A stretch of DNA of 64,000 nt from NCBI RefSeq assembly GCF_964213995.1, contig NC_135804.1:69502001-69566000 (forward strand), given 5' to 3'. The notes below the pieces were generated by a model. That model was not told where the DNA came from. It was given only the letters and a program-made list of their open reading frames with translations, and searched no databases. The stretch comes from Mustelus asterias (taxonomy: Eukaryota). The translations under genes and the position numbers were made by a program. Below are positions 1 through 13,848 of this stretch, in pieces; the first letter of the stretch is position 1; each line of letters starts with the position of its first letter.

Positions 1-1441
1 ACAACGCCTAAATGGGTCTGAGTATGATTAACTGCCACAACTAATTGGAGGAGTCTTGGTCAGGACGTCAAGGCTCTAAGTTGAATTACCCAGGTCGACT
101 TGAGGACTGTGGAACACAGTGGTACTGAACTGTGGACCGGCAATCAAGGGGTGGCGGGGGGGGGGGGGGGGGGGGGGATGGTGGTGGTGCGTGGATGGAC
201 ACACGTTACCACTCAGCACAGTGGACCCCGAGTGGTACACGGTCGGGGAAGATGTGCGGAGTGGGTTGCGCTCAGTACAGTCGTCCGACGGTGACACAGG
301 CCCCGGATCCACTCTGCCCAGCCGAGCCCAGCCGAGTCAGAGTAACCCCCACAACCAGGAAGCACCCGGGAGAGAGGGAGCCGCACCACGATGTGGCGGA
401 CGTTATCGGCGTCGTGGAGAGGTTGCGCTGAACGAATGCTGCTTAAAATAAGAGAGGGCGCTAGAGAGAGAGCGATTGAAGTCCCTGTGGAGGGGCGCAG
501 GATTATAGTTAGATTCCTGGGTGGGCTTGAATGGGCTACAAGGGTTACAAAGAGAGGGAGAGAGAGACAGAGAGAAAACTGTGGACAGGCTGTGTGTTCA
601 GACACTCAGGCCCAATTATGCACAAAGTTGTACCCGTTTTCGGACGTGAAAACTTTGTAAAGTCAGGCGTGAGGCGCGTTGCACAATTCATGCTCGCCTC
701 TGCGCAGGTTTCCCCCTTCACGAAGGCCTGAAAATGGACGCGATTGGGACCGCAACATAAAAGGGCGTGATGGCCATTTAAATGCATTTGAATGCATTTA
801 TATTGAATTAATGAGCTATATGCCCAACTTTACCAGCAGTTCACCGTTTACCACCGCGTTCGCCAATCCGAAACAGACATGCTCTCGAAAAGTCCCATTC
901 GGGCGCTCCATCAGTGACGGTTAGTGAGGAGGTTACTGTGTCTGACGACTTTCCGCTGCTCACGGATGTCCTTTCATTGCGGCCATTTTCTTTTCTGTGG
1001 TCGGTGGCGGCTCTGCGAGTGTGCGGGAGGTGGAGGGTTGTTGCTCAGCAGCGTCTCCGATGTCGGACTTGCAGCAATGACCCGGGTCTCAGCACTGACC
1101 TCGGGTCTTACGGTTCTGTTGGATCGCCGTGCTCTCAGCAATCTTCCAGCTGAAGGAGGTGCGCAAAGCCCTTGCAAATTCGACTGCTGCAGCCTCTCAA
1201 CTTTTCAAGGAGCTGTGGGGAGCATGTGCTGGGAGAATTGTGGAGGGCTGTGATTGTGGGGAGCATGTGGCTGCGGGAATTGCGGGGGTTGTGATTTTTG
1301 GGAAGCATGTGGAGGAATTGGGAGTATGGACAGTGACTGGGGCAAGCAGCATTCCTTAATCTCTACATGTGCTTCCTTCCATTCCACTCCCCTCGTCCCC
1401 CGCAGCCCCCCCCCCCCCTCCCCCACTTTCAGAATGACGAG

Positions 1442-3935
1442 ATGGCTTTTGCAATGCAACTGATAGATCTTGCTGTTCTTTTGGTTGCTGCTGGGGCTGA
1501 GAAACAAACAAGGAACAAAGAACAATACAGCACAGGAACAGGCCCTTCGGCCCTCCAAGCCCGCGGCGCCCCTGGTCCAAACCAGACCATTCTTTCGTAT
1601 CCCTCCATACCCACTCCATTCATGTGGCTATCGAGATAAGTCTTAAATGTTCCCAGTGTGCCCACCTCCACCACCTGCCCGGCAGCGCATTCCAGGCCCC
1701 CCACACCCTCTGTGTAAAAATATGTCCTTCTGATATCCGTGTTAAACCTCCCCCCCCCCCCCCCCCCCGCCCCAGCTCACCTTGAACCTATGACCCCTCG
1801 TGAACGTCACCACCGACCTGGGAAAAAGATTCCCACCGTTCACCCTATCTATGCCTTTCATAATTTTATATACCTCTATTAGGCCTCCCCTCATCCTCCG
1901 TCTTTCCAGTGAGAACAACCCCAGTTTACCCAATCTCTCCTCATAACTAAGCCCCTCCATACCAGGCAACATCATGGTAAACCTCCTCTGCAATCTCTCT
2001 AAAGCCTCCACGTCCTTCTGTTGTGTGGTGACCAGAACTGGACGCAGTATTCCAAATGCGGCCGAACCAACGTTCTATACAATCTGCAACATCAGACCCC
2101 AACTTTTACACTCTATGCCCCGTCCTATAAAGGCAAGCATGTCATATGGCCTTCTTCACCACCTTCCCCACCTGTGACGTCACCTTCAAGGATCTGTGGA
2201 CTTGCACAACCAAGTCCCTCTGCGTATCTACACCCTTTATGGTTCTGCCATTTATCATATATCTCCCCCCTACATTAGCTCTACCAAAATGCATCACTTC
2301 GCATTGATCTGGATTGAACTCCATCTGCCATTTCTTTTCCCAAATTTCCAGCCTATCTATATCCTTCAGTAGCCTCTGACAATGTTCCTCACCATCTGCA
2401 ACTCCAGCCAATTTCGTGTCGGCCTCAAGCTTACTGATCACCCCAGTTACACCTTCTTCCAGATCGTTTATATAAATCACAAACAGCCAGAGGTCCCAAT
2501 ACAGAGCCCTGCAGAACGCCACTAGTCACAGGCATCCCAGCCAGAAAAAGTCCCTTCCCACTATCACTCTCTGTCTTCTGTGACCAAGCCAGTTCTCCAC
2601 CCATCTAGCCAACTCCCCGTTTATCCCATGAGATCCAACCTTTTGCACCAACCAACCATGAGGCACTTTGTCAAACGCTTTACTAAAGTCCATATGGACG
2701 ACATTCACGGCCCTTCCCTCATCAACCATTCTAGTCACTTCTTCAAAAACTCCACCAGGTTAGTAAGGAGGAGGAACTGGAGGAAGATTGCGGGTACAGG
2801 AGGCACAAGCCTCACCAGTGGCAGGAGGGTGGCGGCCATTCAATCGAGCGGGGGTGCAGAAGAAGGAGGGAGGAGGGACCCCGGCCGTTCCTTGCACGAG
2901 TGTCATTTGAACAGATGTTCTCGACATCTCCGCCTCTGAAAGGAGACAGTGCAACACCTGTGCAACCTGTTGCAGGACCTGGCACCTAGAGGCGGGGGAG
3001 GGCACCCACTCTCGGTGGCTGTCAAATTGATGGCTACTCTGATCTTTCATGCGACTGGCTCCTTCCAGACCCTGAACAAGTATGCCTGTGGCATTTCTCA
3101 ATCAGCTCTGCACACCTGTGTCAAGCAGGTCACAGATGCCCTGTATGCTCAGGCTGGGCAGTACATCAAATTCAAACTGGACCAGGTGCTACAGGAAGTC
3201 CGGGCTGCAGGATTCGCAGCCATTGCAATGATGCCTAATGTACAGCTGGCCATCGACTGCAGCCCTATTCCCTCAAGGCCCCCCAACAGAATCCACAAAG
3301 ATTCTTCAACAAAAGGGGTTCCACTCCCTGAATGTCCAACGAGCATGTGACCATGCTATAAATGTTATGTTCCTCTGCGCAAGACACCGAGTTATTGTGT
3401 ATGACAGCTTCATTGTCAGGAGCTCAGATGTGCCAGAGACATTTGAGGAGGAGCTCAGGCTGTGCGGGTGGCTCGTGCGTGATATGGGTTACCTGCTTCA
3501 GACATGGCTGATGACGCCTATGCGGAGGCCTGTGATTGAGGCGGAGACCTGCTATAATAAGTCCCACGTAGCCATCTGTGAGATAGTGGAGAGCTGCATT
3601 GGGCTCTGCAAAATGCGATCCCGGTGCCTCGACCACTCTGGGGGGACTCCAATACAGCCTTGTGATCTCTCCTCGCATAATGGTCGTGTCTGTGCCTTGT
3701 ACAGTCTGGCTCTACAGAGAGGTGACATATTGGAGGAGGAGAAGGAGAACGTGAATGTTGACCTGCCGGGCATTGCTAGGGAGGATGAACAGCAGAGAGA
3801 AGAGGAAGAGGCGGAGGAGGAAGAAGAGGAAGAGCACGCCGAGGAACACCACCTAGGCACTGAGAGCTGCCAACTCAAATGAGGCATGCGAGGGTGGCAA
3901 AGGAGGCCCTAATCTCCAGGCAGTTCAGTCGCTAG
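1442..3935 (+). pseudogene. Harbinger (HARBI1-like) DDE transposase, frameshifted and split by a CR1 insertion
   Basis: Motifs LSVAVKLMATLIFHATGSFQ, GISQS, AIDCS, KGFHSLNVQ, YDSFI, DMGY..WLMTP, YNKSH..IVESCIGLCKMRSRCLD and an acidic tail. Probable N-terminus MAFAMQLIDLAVLL lies before the CR1 at ~1500-2762. Confidence 0.9.
1500..2762 (-). mobile_element. CR1 LINE, 5'-truncated, inserted in the Harbinger transposase (copy at ~11418-12675)
   Basis: DFSKAFDKVPH, QGSVLGPLLFVIYINDL, RPHLEYCVQFWSP; short-repeat 3' tail. Confidence 0.92.
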
Positions 3936-4589
3936 CGGCTTGTGTCTGTGGGTTTCATTCTCCCCCCCAAAAAATTATTTCCATCTCCTGCAAAATTGTC
4001 ACACCAGAGTGGTGGGGCTGGGTACTCTGTGTTCGTGAGTTTTTTTGGCAGACAGGAGCGTGTTGATGACTCTAAGCACCATTATGATGATGCCACGGTG
4101 AAAATTAGTCTGACTCCTCTCTGAGCTTTGCATTCACGCTGGCATCTGGGCTCATGTCTGTGTACTGGGTAAGGGATCTGAAATCCCCATACAAGGCCCT
4201 GGGCGGGTGGGGGGGTGGGGGGGGGGGGGGGGGGGGGGGGGGGGCGACGGGAGGGAATCACTCATGGGGCCAGCTTTCTTTTCTCAGTGACACAGCATTG
4301 AGGGGCTTCCCCAAGTAACATCAACGTGAAGCATTCCTCCAGTGATCATCAATGGAAGAGGAATTCCACTGGGGAATTAAGGGTTATCATGAACGTTTGG
4401 GTAAGTGGAATTCAGTCCACGAAAAGATCAGCCATGATCTTATTGAATGGTGGAGCAGGCTCGAGGGGCCAGATGGCCTACTCCTGCTCCTAGTTCTTAT
4501 GTTCTTATGCACTTATGTAACTACAACTTCCTAACCTTACATGGCCTATCACTACTCAGTGACTCCCAAGACTGTACATCAGAGGTGGA

Positions 4590-6226
4590 GGGGGGCTAGC
4601 TGCCTACCATGCCCCATTGTTTGTGATGTGCATGGTGGGCATCGTTTGGAGGCCCTGGACCTTGAGGACCCTGGCCGGCTTCCAGGTGTCTGGGCTGTTT
4701 CCATTGCACCCTCTTCAGTGTTGCAGTATTGGCCTGGGAAGCATGCAAGACAGGCAATAGCTGGTCCAATTGAAAGCCTTGGAACTCCTCCCAACAGTCT
4801 CGCAGTTGGTCCAGTGTGGCCTTCAGCCCCTCCTGCATTCCCCAGCTCTGTTGGTGTAACATTAGCAGCTCAGGGAGAAGTGATCTCAGAGGCCCAGCAT
4901 GTAGCCTGTGTCCAGCTGACTCCTTGCCTCCAGCAGGCCCCCACATGCCAGAGGCCTCGGACACCCCTCCTCCACCTGATGTACATTATCAGATGTGTCA
5001 TTCTCTCCAGAGAGTGACCCTGAAGCCTCACCACTAACTGGACCTACTGACGCGTCAGTATCTGGGATCATGAATTGTGAGTTGGAAGCTCACACCAAAA
5101 TGGTGCCACCCTCGGAGGTTCCTTCACGCATACTCATCTGACCAGTCCTCAACAGGATTGGGGCTGCTGCAGCTGTGGTCTGTCGTCCAGAAGGCCCCAC
5201 GGCATCCAGTTCTCTCCCTGCAACACAGACACAAGGTCAGGTTCAAGGGAGGGAGAGGAATTCGGGATGCCAAACATGATCCACATTTCTCCGTTGAGTA
5301 TAGAACAAATTACATCACAGGAACAGGCCTTTCAGCCCTTCAAGCCTGTAGCGAGCAGGCTGCCCATCTGATTTGTAACCCCCTACCCTTCCTGGGCCCA
5401 TTTGATTGTATTCCCTTTCCAATCACATAGATGTAAAGCCACGTCTTAAAGATTGCTATTGTATCTGCCTCCACAACCTCCCCCGGCAGCGAGTTCGAGG
5501 CACCCACTACCCTCTCCGTGCAAATAAACATGCCTCATACATCTCGTTTAAACCTTACTCCTTGCAGCCAGAACTCATGCCCCCGAGGACTTGCCTCAAA
5601 GTGAGTGGAGGAATGACAGGTGCTCACATGTTGACGGCAGCCCAGCCATGCTGTCACTGACAGCCCACATCTCCCGTTCCTTTGTGAACTCCAGTGCGCA
5701 CTCATCAAAGGGGGTGAGGACCCAGAGGTCTGGCTCACCATCCCCTGTCTTCGCCCTTTCATGAGTGTTATGGTTGGTCTTCAGCTGTGGAAACAGAATG
5801 AGCCATGGAAGAAATGAAGACATGACTACTGCAGAGTATCAGATTGCGGCCCATAGAGGGCAAGCACAGTGGGACTCTTGGGGGGATAAGAAGGAGCTGC
5901 TTGGGGGTCAGGAGCTGGAAGTATGCAGGGTGCTGGGGATGGGAGGATCTGGGGGAGATTTGGGCGAAGATGAAAGTTGCGGATCAGCACTCACCCTTGC
6001 TGCCCGGATGAGGTCATTGATCTTTTTGCAGCATTGCGTTGCATTTCGGATGGCCAGTGGCCTGGCATTTACCGAGGCAGCGACTGCCTCCCAGGCCGTA
6101 TTGCCATTTGAACCCCTGGGTCTGCGTCCTCCTGGGGGGGAAGAGCATATCCCAACTCGTCTCTGCTGCATTCAGTAACCTGCCCAGATTGCCCTCAGAA
6201 AAACGGGGAACAAGTAATGCTCACAT
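4590..6226 (-). pseudogene. Harbinger Myb/SANT (NAIF1/MSANTD-like) DNA-binding gene, spliced, decayed
   Basis: Exon ~6226-5995: PRFSEGNL..LL..MLFP, then WEAVAASVNA..RNATQCCKKINDLIRAAR|gtgagt. Next exon from 5784: LKTNHNTHERAKTGDGEPDLWVLTPFDECALEF. Contains a stop and a frameshift. Confidence 0.8.
5300..5570 (-). mobile_element. CR1 3' fragment in an intron of the Myb gene (another CR1 tail at ~4375-4510, +)
   Basis: ERVVGASNSLPGEVVEADTI..FK motif and CR1 3' UTR. Confidence 0.7.
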
Positions 6227-6584
6227 TGTCCTGTACTGTCTGCCTGTCCATTCTTGAGTTTTTAATGGATCTGCCCCTCGTTAGAGCAGATCAGCTGCAG
6301 GCAATTCGGCGGCGCATTCCAGCAAGTTACATGCAGTTTGTTTGTTAGTATTGAGTGGAAGACAAGTGAACACTTGCAGATGTGCTGATTGAGTGGGGGT
6401 TGGGGGGGGGGGGGAGAGTGGTACTGTATCAGTGCCTCAATGAATGGTGACAGGGGAGAGATAGGAAGGTGTCACATAGCCATCGGAGTCCGGAGGAGAT
6501 ACGGGCATTGTGCGGTTAGGTCCGGGGTGGGGGTGAGGGGGATTATTCTGCCTAACATCTGTCTGATGGAGATGGGAGGGTGAA

Positions 6585-6870
6585 TCTCTCTGCCTGAGTT
6601 CAGTGGGAGGAAGGGGGGTCAGCTGCCACTCTGAGATCAGTAGGGGCAAGTGGGATTCGCTGCCATGCTGCCCTAGATCGGTGGGGGTGAAGGGGGGCCC
6701 ACTGCCACTCTGCCTGAGATCATTGGGGGGGGGGGAGGGCAATCCTCTGCCACTCTGCCTGAAATCAGTGGGGGAGCGGGTGGATGGGAGTTCGTTGCCA
6801 CTCTGCCTGAGATCAATGAGGGAGAATGGGGGTCTGCTGCCACTCTGCCTGAGATCTGTGGAGGAAGGGG
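6585..6870 (+). repeat. Minisatellite, ~7 units of ~40 bp with core CTGCCACTCTGCCTGAGATC (also ~16498-16783)
   Basis: Core recurs near 6588, 6622, 6660, 6702, 6747, 6796 and 6837, inside the Harbinger. Confidence 0.85.
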
Positions 6871-7424
6871 AAGGGCCTGCGATTGGTCAGTGTGGCGTGG
6901 GTGTGGGGGGATAAGAGGGTCAGTAATGTTGTGAGGGTGGGGCAATGTCCGGGGAGGCATTCGCCGGCCCGGGAGTGATGTGGTCGGGGAGCATTATTCT
7001 ATCATTTGTTTCTGCGCATGCGTGGCTCGAGGCACCAGTTGGAGCTCCAGGATTTTGGGCGGGTTACGTCCTGCCCACAGGCCTGTGCAATTCGGAATTG
7101 CTGATATTTTTGCAGGCAGAGTGCGTACAGAGGCGCCTGAGAGCAGGTCTAAAAGTCGGATCTGAAACACTCCAATTTCAACTCTGCCCAGCACTTAAAA
7201 TCAAAATGGCAAAATAGGGTTCTCAGAGAGCAGATTGGAAGAGCCAGAGCGCCACCCTGTGCTTTCGTGTGGTAAAACACGCTGCTCAACGGTGACATGC
7301 AATTCTGATTTACAATGGGGGGGCATGGGATAGGTTAATTCAGGTCGTGGCAACAGACCACGGGAAATTAATAAAGAAAATGATGGAGAATGGGTATGAG
7401 CCGCGCACATCGACGTGGAAGAAA

Positions 7425-8240
7425 AGGGATGGCGGACAAGTGGCAGATGGACTTCAAACCAGATAAATGCGTCGTGGTCCATTTTGGTAGGTCAAATGGG
7501 ATGAAGAAGTACAATATTAAGGGAAAGACGCTTAGTACTGCAGAGGATCAGAAGGACCTTGGGGTCCGGGTCTATATGACTCTAAAATCGGCCTCGCAAG
7601 TGGAGGAGGTGGTTAAGAAGGCGTATGGTGTGCTGGCCTTTATCAATCGAGGGATTGAGTTTAGGAGTCTGGGGATAATGATGCAGCTATATAAGACCCT
7701 CGTCAGACCCCACCTGGAGTACTGTGCTCAGTTCTGGTCGCCTCATTACAGGAAGGATGTGGAAAAGATTGAAAGGGTGCAGAGGAGATTGACAAGGATG
7801 TTGCCTGGATTGAGTGGCATGCCTTATGAGGATAGGCTGAGGGAGCTCGGTCTTTTCTCCTTAGAGAGACGTAGGATGAGAGGAGACCTAATAGAGGTAT
7901 ATAAGACGTTGAGAGGCATAGATCGGGTGGACTCTCAGAGGCTTTTTCCCAGGGTGGAAATGGCTGCTCCGAGAGGACACAGGTTTAACGTGCTGGGGGG
8001 TAGATACAGGTTCGGTGGAAGTTTTTCACTCAGAACGTTGTGGGCGAGTGGAATCGGCTGCCGTCAGTGGTGGTGGAGGCAAACTCAATAGGGTCTTTTA
8101 AGAGACTCCTGGATGAGTACATGGGACTTAATAGGATGGAGGGTTATAGGTAGGCCTAAAAGGTAGGGATATGTTCGGCACAACTTGTGGGGCCGAAGGG
8201 CCTGTTTTGTGCTGTAGTTTTCTATGTTTCTATGTTTCTA
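7425..8240 (+). mobile_element. CR1 LINE 3' fragment (copy ~17339-18155)
   Basis: WQMDFKPDKC..RPHLEYCAQFWSP..ERRRMRGDLIEVYK; (ttctatgt)n tail. Confidence 0.92.
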
Positions 8241-8242
8241 TA

Positions 8243-8930
8243 CAGTGAAAATTATTGTTTCTTGCACGCTATACAGACAAAGCATACCGTTCATAGAGAA
8301 GGAAACGATAAAGTGCAGAATATAGTGTTACAGTCACAGCTAGGGTGCGGAGAAAGATCAACTCAATGCAGGGTAAGTCCATTCAAAAGTTTGACAGCAG
8401 CAGAGAAGAAACTCTTCTTGAGTCGGTTGGTTCGTGACCTCAGACTTTTGTATGTTTTTCCCGAAGGAAGAAGGTGGAAGATAGAATGTCCAGGGTGCCT
8501 GGTGTCCTTAATTATGCTGGCTGCTTTGCCGAGGCAGTGGGAAGTGTAGACAGAGTCAATGGATGGGATGCTGGTTTGCGTGATGGATTGGGCTGCATTC
8601 ACGACCTTTTGTAGTTCCATGCTGTCTTAGGCAGAGCAGCAGCCATACTAAGCTGTGATACAGCCAGAAAGAATGCTTTCCATGGTGCATCTCTAAAAGC
8701 TGGTGAGAGTTGTAGCTAACATGCCAAATTTCCTGGTCTACTGAGAAAGTAGAGGCGTTGGTGGGCTTTCTTAACTATAGTGTCGGCATGGGGGCACCAG
8801 GACATGTTGTTGGTGATCTGACACCGAAACACTTGAAGCTTTCGACCCTTTCTACTTCGTCTCCGTTGATGGACATGGGGCATGTTCTCCTTTACACTTT
8901 CTGAAGTCGATGACAATCTCCTTTTTGTTG
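8243..8930 (-). mobile_element. Rex1/Babar-type LINE 3' fragment (copy ~18157-18844)
   Basis: KKAHQRLYFL..., IIKDTRHPGHSIFHLLPSGKTY..RTNRLKKSFF, typical Rex1/Babar C-terminus. Confidence 0.8.
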
Positions 8931-9311
8931 TCGTTTTGTTTTGTTTAGTTACATATCGCACAATGTTCCAGAACAACAAAGAATTTAAAACATGCCGATC
9001 TCATCATTGCACCTTGTGCTATTCTGCACTCTACTTTTGTAATATCTAGCTTATATTAATAATGGCACAATTTCCACTCTTTTCCCACTGGACATTAAAG
9101 CCACCCATTGCTCAACGCCGTTCAATATTCGGAGGCACTTTCCAAATGACCAATCCTCACCTTTTCGTAACATTTGCAATTAAACTGACAAACCCTTGGG
9201 GGGGAGGGGGGCGGGGGGGGGGGCGGAGGGGGGTTTCACAGTGACTTCATTGCAGTATTTATGTAAGCCTACTTGTCACACTAATAAATAAACTTTAAAA
9301 CTTTAAAAACA

Positions 9312-9511
9312 NNNNNNNNNNNNNNNNNNNNNNNNNNNNNNNNNNNNNNNNNNNNNNNNNNNNNNNNNNNNNNNNNNNNNNNNNNNNNNNNNNNNNNNNN
9401 NNNNNNNNNNNNNNNNNNNNNNNNNNNNNNNNNNNNNNNNNNNNNNNNNNNNNNNNNNNNNNNNNNNNNNNNNNNNNNNNNNNNNNNNNNNNNNNNNNNN
9501 NNNNNNNNNNN
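9312..9511. other. Assembly gap (200 N)
   Basis: Run of N. Confidence 1.
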
Positions 9512-11360
9512 TAGAAATTAAGGACAAATAAGGTCCCATCAGATGAGGCTACAAAGTGTCGTTGGCTGGAGTTGCTGACAGTGATGATTATTGACTGATT
9601 TGTATTAATGTTTACTGGATTATGCCCACCAGAAAGGTGAAAATATGATTTTGGAAATGTATAATTGCCCTTGTGGAGGCATTGTTTTCCAGAATGATAT
9701 TGGGCTGCCCATATTCTCTACCTGGTGTGCTGTGCTACTTGACATCATTCTCCCAGTCGATGGTTTGGCCAATAAAGTCAAATCTTAAAATCAGTGCACT
9801 GAGTTTCCTGAGTCTCTGTATTTGGCTTAAGTGTAGTAATACACAGCCTCAAAATAAAGCCCCCCCGTCAATCATTTGGCACTGCGAGCAGGGTGATATC
9901 ACTGGCTTCAGGTGGGAGGACACAACGCCTAAATGGGTCTGAGTATGATTAACTGCCACAACTAATTGGAGGAGTCTTGGTCAGGACGTCAAGGCTCTAA
10001 GTTGAATTACCCAGGTCGACTTGAGGACTGTGGAACACAGTGGTACTGAACTGTGGACCGGCAATCAAGGGGTGGCGGGGGGGGGGGGGGGGGGGGGATG
10101 GTGGTGGTGCGTGGATGGACACACGTTACCACTCAGCACAGTGGACCCCGAGTGGTACACGGTCGGGGAAGATGTGCGGAGTGGGTTGCGCTCAGTACAG
10201 TCGTCCGACGGTGACACAGGCCCCGGATCACTCTGCCCAGCCGAGCCCAGCCGAGTCAGAGTAACCCCCACAACCAGGAAGCACCCGGGAGAAGAGGGAG
10301 CCGCACCACGATGTGGCGGACGTTATCGGCGTCGTGGAGAGGTTGCGCTGAACGAATGCTGCTTAAAATAAGAGAGGGCGCTAGAGAGAGAGCGATTGAA
10401 GTCCCTGTGGAGGGGCGCAGGATTATAGTTAGATTCCTGGGTGGGCTTGAATGGGCTACAAGGGTTACAAAGAGAGGGAGAGAGAGACAGAGAGAAAACT
10501 GTGGACAGGCTGTGTGTTCAGACACTCAGGGCCCAATTATGCACAAAGTTGTACCCGTTTTCGGACGTGAAAACTTTGTAAAGTCAGGCGTGAGGCGCGT
10601 TGCACAATTCATGCTCGCCTCTGCGCAGGTTTCCCCTTCACGAAGGCCTGAAAATGGACGCGATTGGGACCGCAACATAAAAGGGCGTGATGGCCATTTA
10701 AATGCATTTGAATGCATTTATATTGAATTAATGAGCTATATGCCCAACTTTACCAGCAGTTCACCGTTTACCACCGCGTTCGCCAATCCGAAACAGACAT
10801 GCTCTCGAAAAGTCCCATTCGGGCGCTCCATCAGTGACGGTTAGTGAGGAGGTTACTGTGTCTGACGACTTTCCGCTGCTCACGGATGTCCTTTCATTGC
10901 GGCCATTTTCTTTCTGTGGTCGGTGGCGGCTCTGCGAGTGTGCGGGAGGTGGAGGGTTGTTGCTCAGCAGCGTCTCCGATGTCGGACTTGCAGCAATGAC
11001 CCGGGTCTCAGCACTGACCTCGGGTCTTACGGTTCTGTTGGATCGCCGTGCTCTCAGCAATCTTCCAGCTGAAGGAGGTGCGCAAAGCCCTTGCAAATTC
11101 GACTGCTGCAGCCTCTCAACTTTTCAAGGAGCTGTGGGGAGCATGTGGCTGGGAGAATTGTGGAGGGCTGTGATTGTGGGGAGCATGTGGCTGCGGGAAT
11201 TGCGGGGGTTGTGATTTTTGGGAAGCATGTGGAGGAATTGGGAGTATGGACAGTGACTGGGGCAAGCAGCATTCCTTAATCTCTACATGTGCTTCCTTCC
11301 ATTCCACTCCCCTCGTCCCCGCAGCCCCCCCCCCCCCTCCCCCACTTTCAGAATGACGAG

Positions 11361-13848
11361 ATGGCTTTTGCAATGCAACTGATAGATCTTGCTGTTCTTT
11401 TGGTTGCTGCTGGGGCTGAGAACAAACAAGGAACAAAGAACAATACAGCACAGGAACAGGCCCTTCGGCCCTCCAAGCCCGCGGCGCCCCTGGTCCAAAC
11501 CAGACCATTCTTTCGTATCCCTCCATACCCACTCCATTCATGTGGCTATCGAGATAAGTCTTAAATGTTCCCAGTGTGCCCACCTCCACCACCTTGCCCG
11601 GCAGCGCATTCCAGGCCCCCACCACCCTCTGTGTAAAATATGTCCTTCTGATATCCGTGTTAAACCTCCCCCCCCCCCCCCCCCCCGCCCCAGCTCACCT
11701 TGAACCTATGACCCCTCGTGAACGTCACCACCGACCTGGGAAAAAGATTCCCACCGTTCACCCTATCTATGCCTTTCATAATTTTATATACCTCTATTAG
11801 GCCTCCCCTCATCCTCCGTCTTTCCAGTGAGAACAACCCCAGTTTACCCAATCTCTCCTCATAACTAAGCCCCTCCATACCAGGCAACATCATGGTAAAC
11901 CTCCTCTGCAATCTCTCTAAAGCCTCCACGTCCTTCTGTTGTGTGGTGACCAGAACTGGACGCAGTATTCCAAATGCGGCCGAACCAACGTTCTATACAT
12001 CTGCAACATCAGACCCCAACTTTTACACTCTATGCCCCGTCCTATAAAGGCAAGCATGTCATATGCCTTCTTCACCACCTTCCCCACCTGTGACGTCACC
12101 TTCAAGGATCTGTGGACTTGCACAACCAAGTCCCTCTGCGTATCTACACCCTTTATGGTTCTGCCATTTATCATATATCTCCCCCCTACATTAGCTCTAC
12201 CAAAATGCATCACTTCGCATTGATCTGGATTGAACTCCATCTGCCATTTCTTTTCCCAAATTTCCAGCCTATCTATATCCTTCAGTAGCCTCTGACAATG
12301 TTCCTCACCATCTGCAACTCCAGCCAATTTCGTGTCGGCCTCAAGCTTACTGATCACCCCAGTTACACCTTCTTCCAGATCGTTTATATAAATCACAAAC
12401 AGCAGAGGTCCCAATACAGAGCCCTGCAGAACGCCACTAGTCACAGGCATCCAGCCAGAAAAAGTCCCTTCCACTATCACTCTCTGTCTTCTGTGACCAA
12501 GCCAGTTCTCCACCCATCTAGCCAACTCCCCGTTTATCCCATGAGATCCAACCTTTTGCACCAACCAACCATGAGGCACTTTGTCAAACGCTTTACTAAA
12601 GTCCATATGGACGACATTCACGGCCCTTCCCTCATCAACCATTCTAGTCACTTCTTCAAAAAACTCCACCAGGTTAGTAAGGAGGAGGAACTGGAGGAAG
12701 ATTGCGGGTACAGGAGGCACAAGCCTCACCAGTGGCAGGAGGTGGCGGCCATTCAATCGAGCGGGGGTGCAGAAGAAGGAGGGAGGAGGGACCCCGGCCG
12801 TTCCTTGCACGAGTGTCATTTGAACAGATGTTCTCGACATCTCCGCCTCTGAAAGGAGACAGTGCAACACCTGTGCAACCTGTTGCAGGACCTGGCACCT
12901 AGAGGCGGGGGAGGGCACCCACTCTCGGTGGCTGTCAAATTGATGGCTACTCTGATCTTTCATGCGACTGGCTCCTTCCAGACCCTGAACAAGTATGCCT
13001 GTGGCATTTCTCAATCAGCTCTGCACACCTGTGTCAAGCAGGTCACAGATGCCCTGTATGCTCAGGCTGGGCAGTACATCAAATTCAAACTGGACCAGGT
13101 GCTACAGGAAGTCCGGGCTGCAGGATTCGCAGCCATTGCAATGATGCCTAATGTACAGCTGGCCATCGACTGCAGCCCTATTCCCTCAAGGCCCCCCAAC
13201 AGAATCCACAAAGATTCTTCAACAAAAGGGGTTCCACTCCCTGAATGTCCAACGAGCATGTGACCATGCTATAAATGTTATGTTCCTCTGCGCAAGACAC
13301 CGAGTTATTGTGTATGACAGCTTCATTGTCAGGAGCTCAGATGTGCCAGAGACATTTGAGGAGGAGCTCAGGCTGTGCGGGTGGCTCGTGCGTGATATGG
13401 GTTACCTGCTTCAGACATGGCTGATGACGCCTATGCGGAGGCCTGTGATTGAGGCGGAGACCTGCTATAATAAGTCCCACGTAGCCATCTGTGAGATAGT
13501 GGAGAGCTGCATTGGGCTCTGCAAAATGCGATCCCGGTGCCTCGACCACTCTGGGGGGACTCCAATACAGCCTTGTGATCTCTCCTCGCATAATGGTCGT
13601 GTCTGTGCCTTGTACAGTCTGGCTCTACAGAGAGGTGACATATTGGAGGAGGAGAAGGAGAACGTGAATGTTGACCTGCCGGGCATTGCTAGGGAGGATG
13701 AACAGCAGAGAGAAGAGGAAGAGGCGGAGGAGGAAGAAGAGGAAGAGCACGCCGAGGAACACCACCTAGGCACTGAGAGCTGCCAACTCAAATGAGGCAT
13801 GCGAGGGTGGCAAAGGAGGCCCTAATCTCCAGGCAGTTCAGTCGCTAG
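11361..13848 (+). pseudogene. Harbinger DDE transposase pseudogene (copy 2)
   Basis: Duplicate of 1442-3935. Confidence 0.9.

Larger units (their letters stand above)
609..7222 (+). mobile_element. PIF/Harbinger DNA transposon, decayed (copy 1)
   Basis: 3-bp TSD TCA at 606-608 and 7223-7225; degenerate ~14-bp TIR (G)GGCCCAATTATGC / GCAAAATAGGGTTC; convergent transposase and Myb/SANT genes. Confidence 0.85.
1..9311 (+). repeat. Copy 1 of a ~9.3 kb near-identical direct duplication (runs off the window start)
   Basis: Position 1 matches 9922 and 9311 matches 19224. The ORF tracks are duplicated and the differences I could see are mostly 1-nt or homopolymer indels. Confidence 0.97.

Noticed and set aside
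2949-3882. Domesticated HARBI1 gene
   Set aside because: Frameshifted, CR1-interrupted and still within TIR/TSD-bounded transposon ends.
6585-6870. CRISPR-like repeat-spacer pattern
   Set aside because: Eukaryotic TE context, spacers are related G-rich sequence, and there are no cas genes; it is a minisatellite.
11917-13014. 365-aa ORF that looks like a novel RT fusion
   Set aside because: Chance read-through from antisense Harbinger transposase sequence into a truncated CR1 RT.
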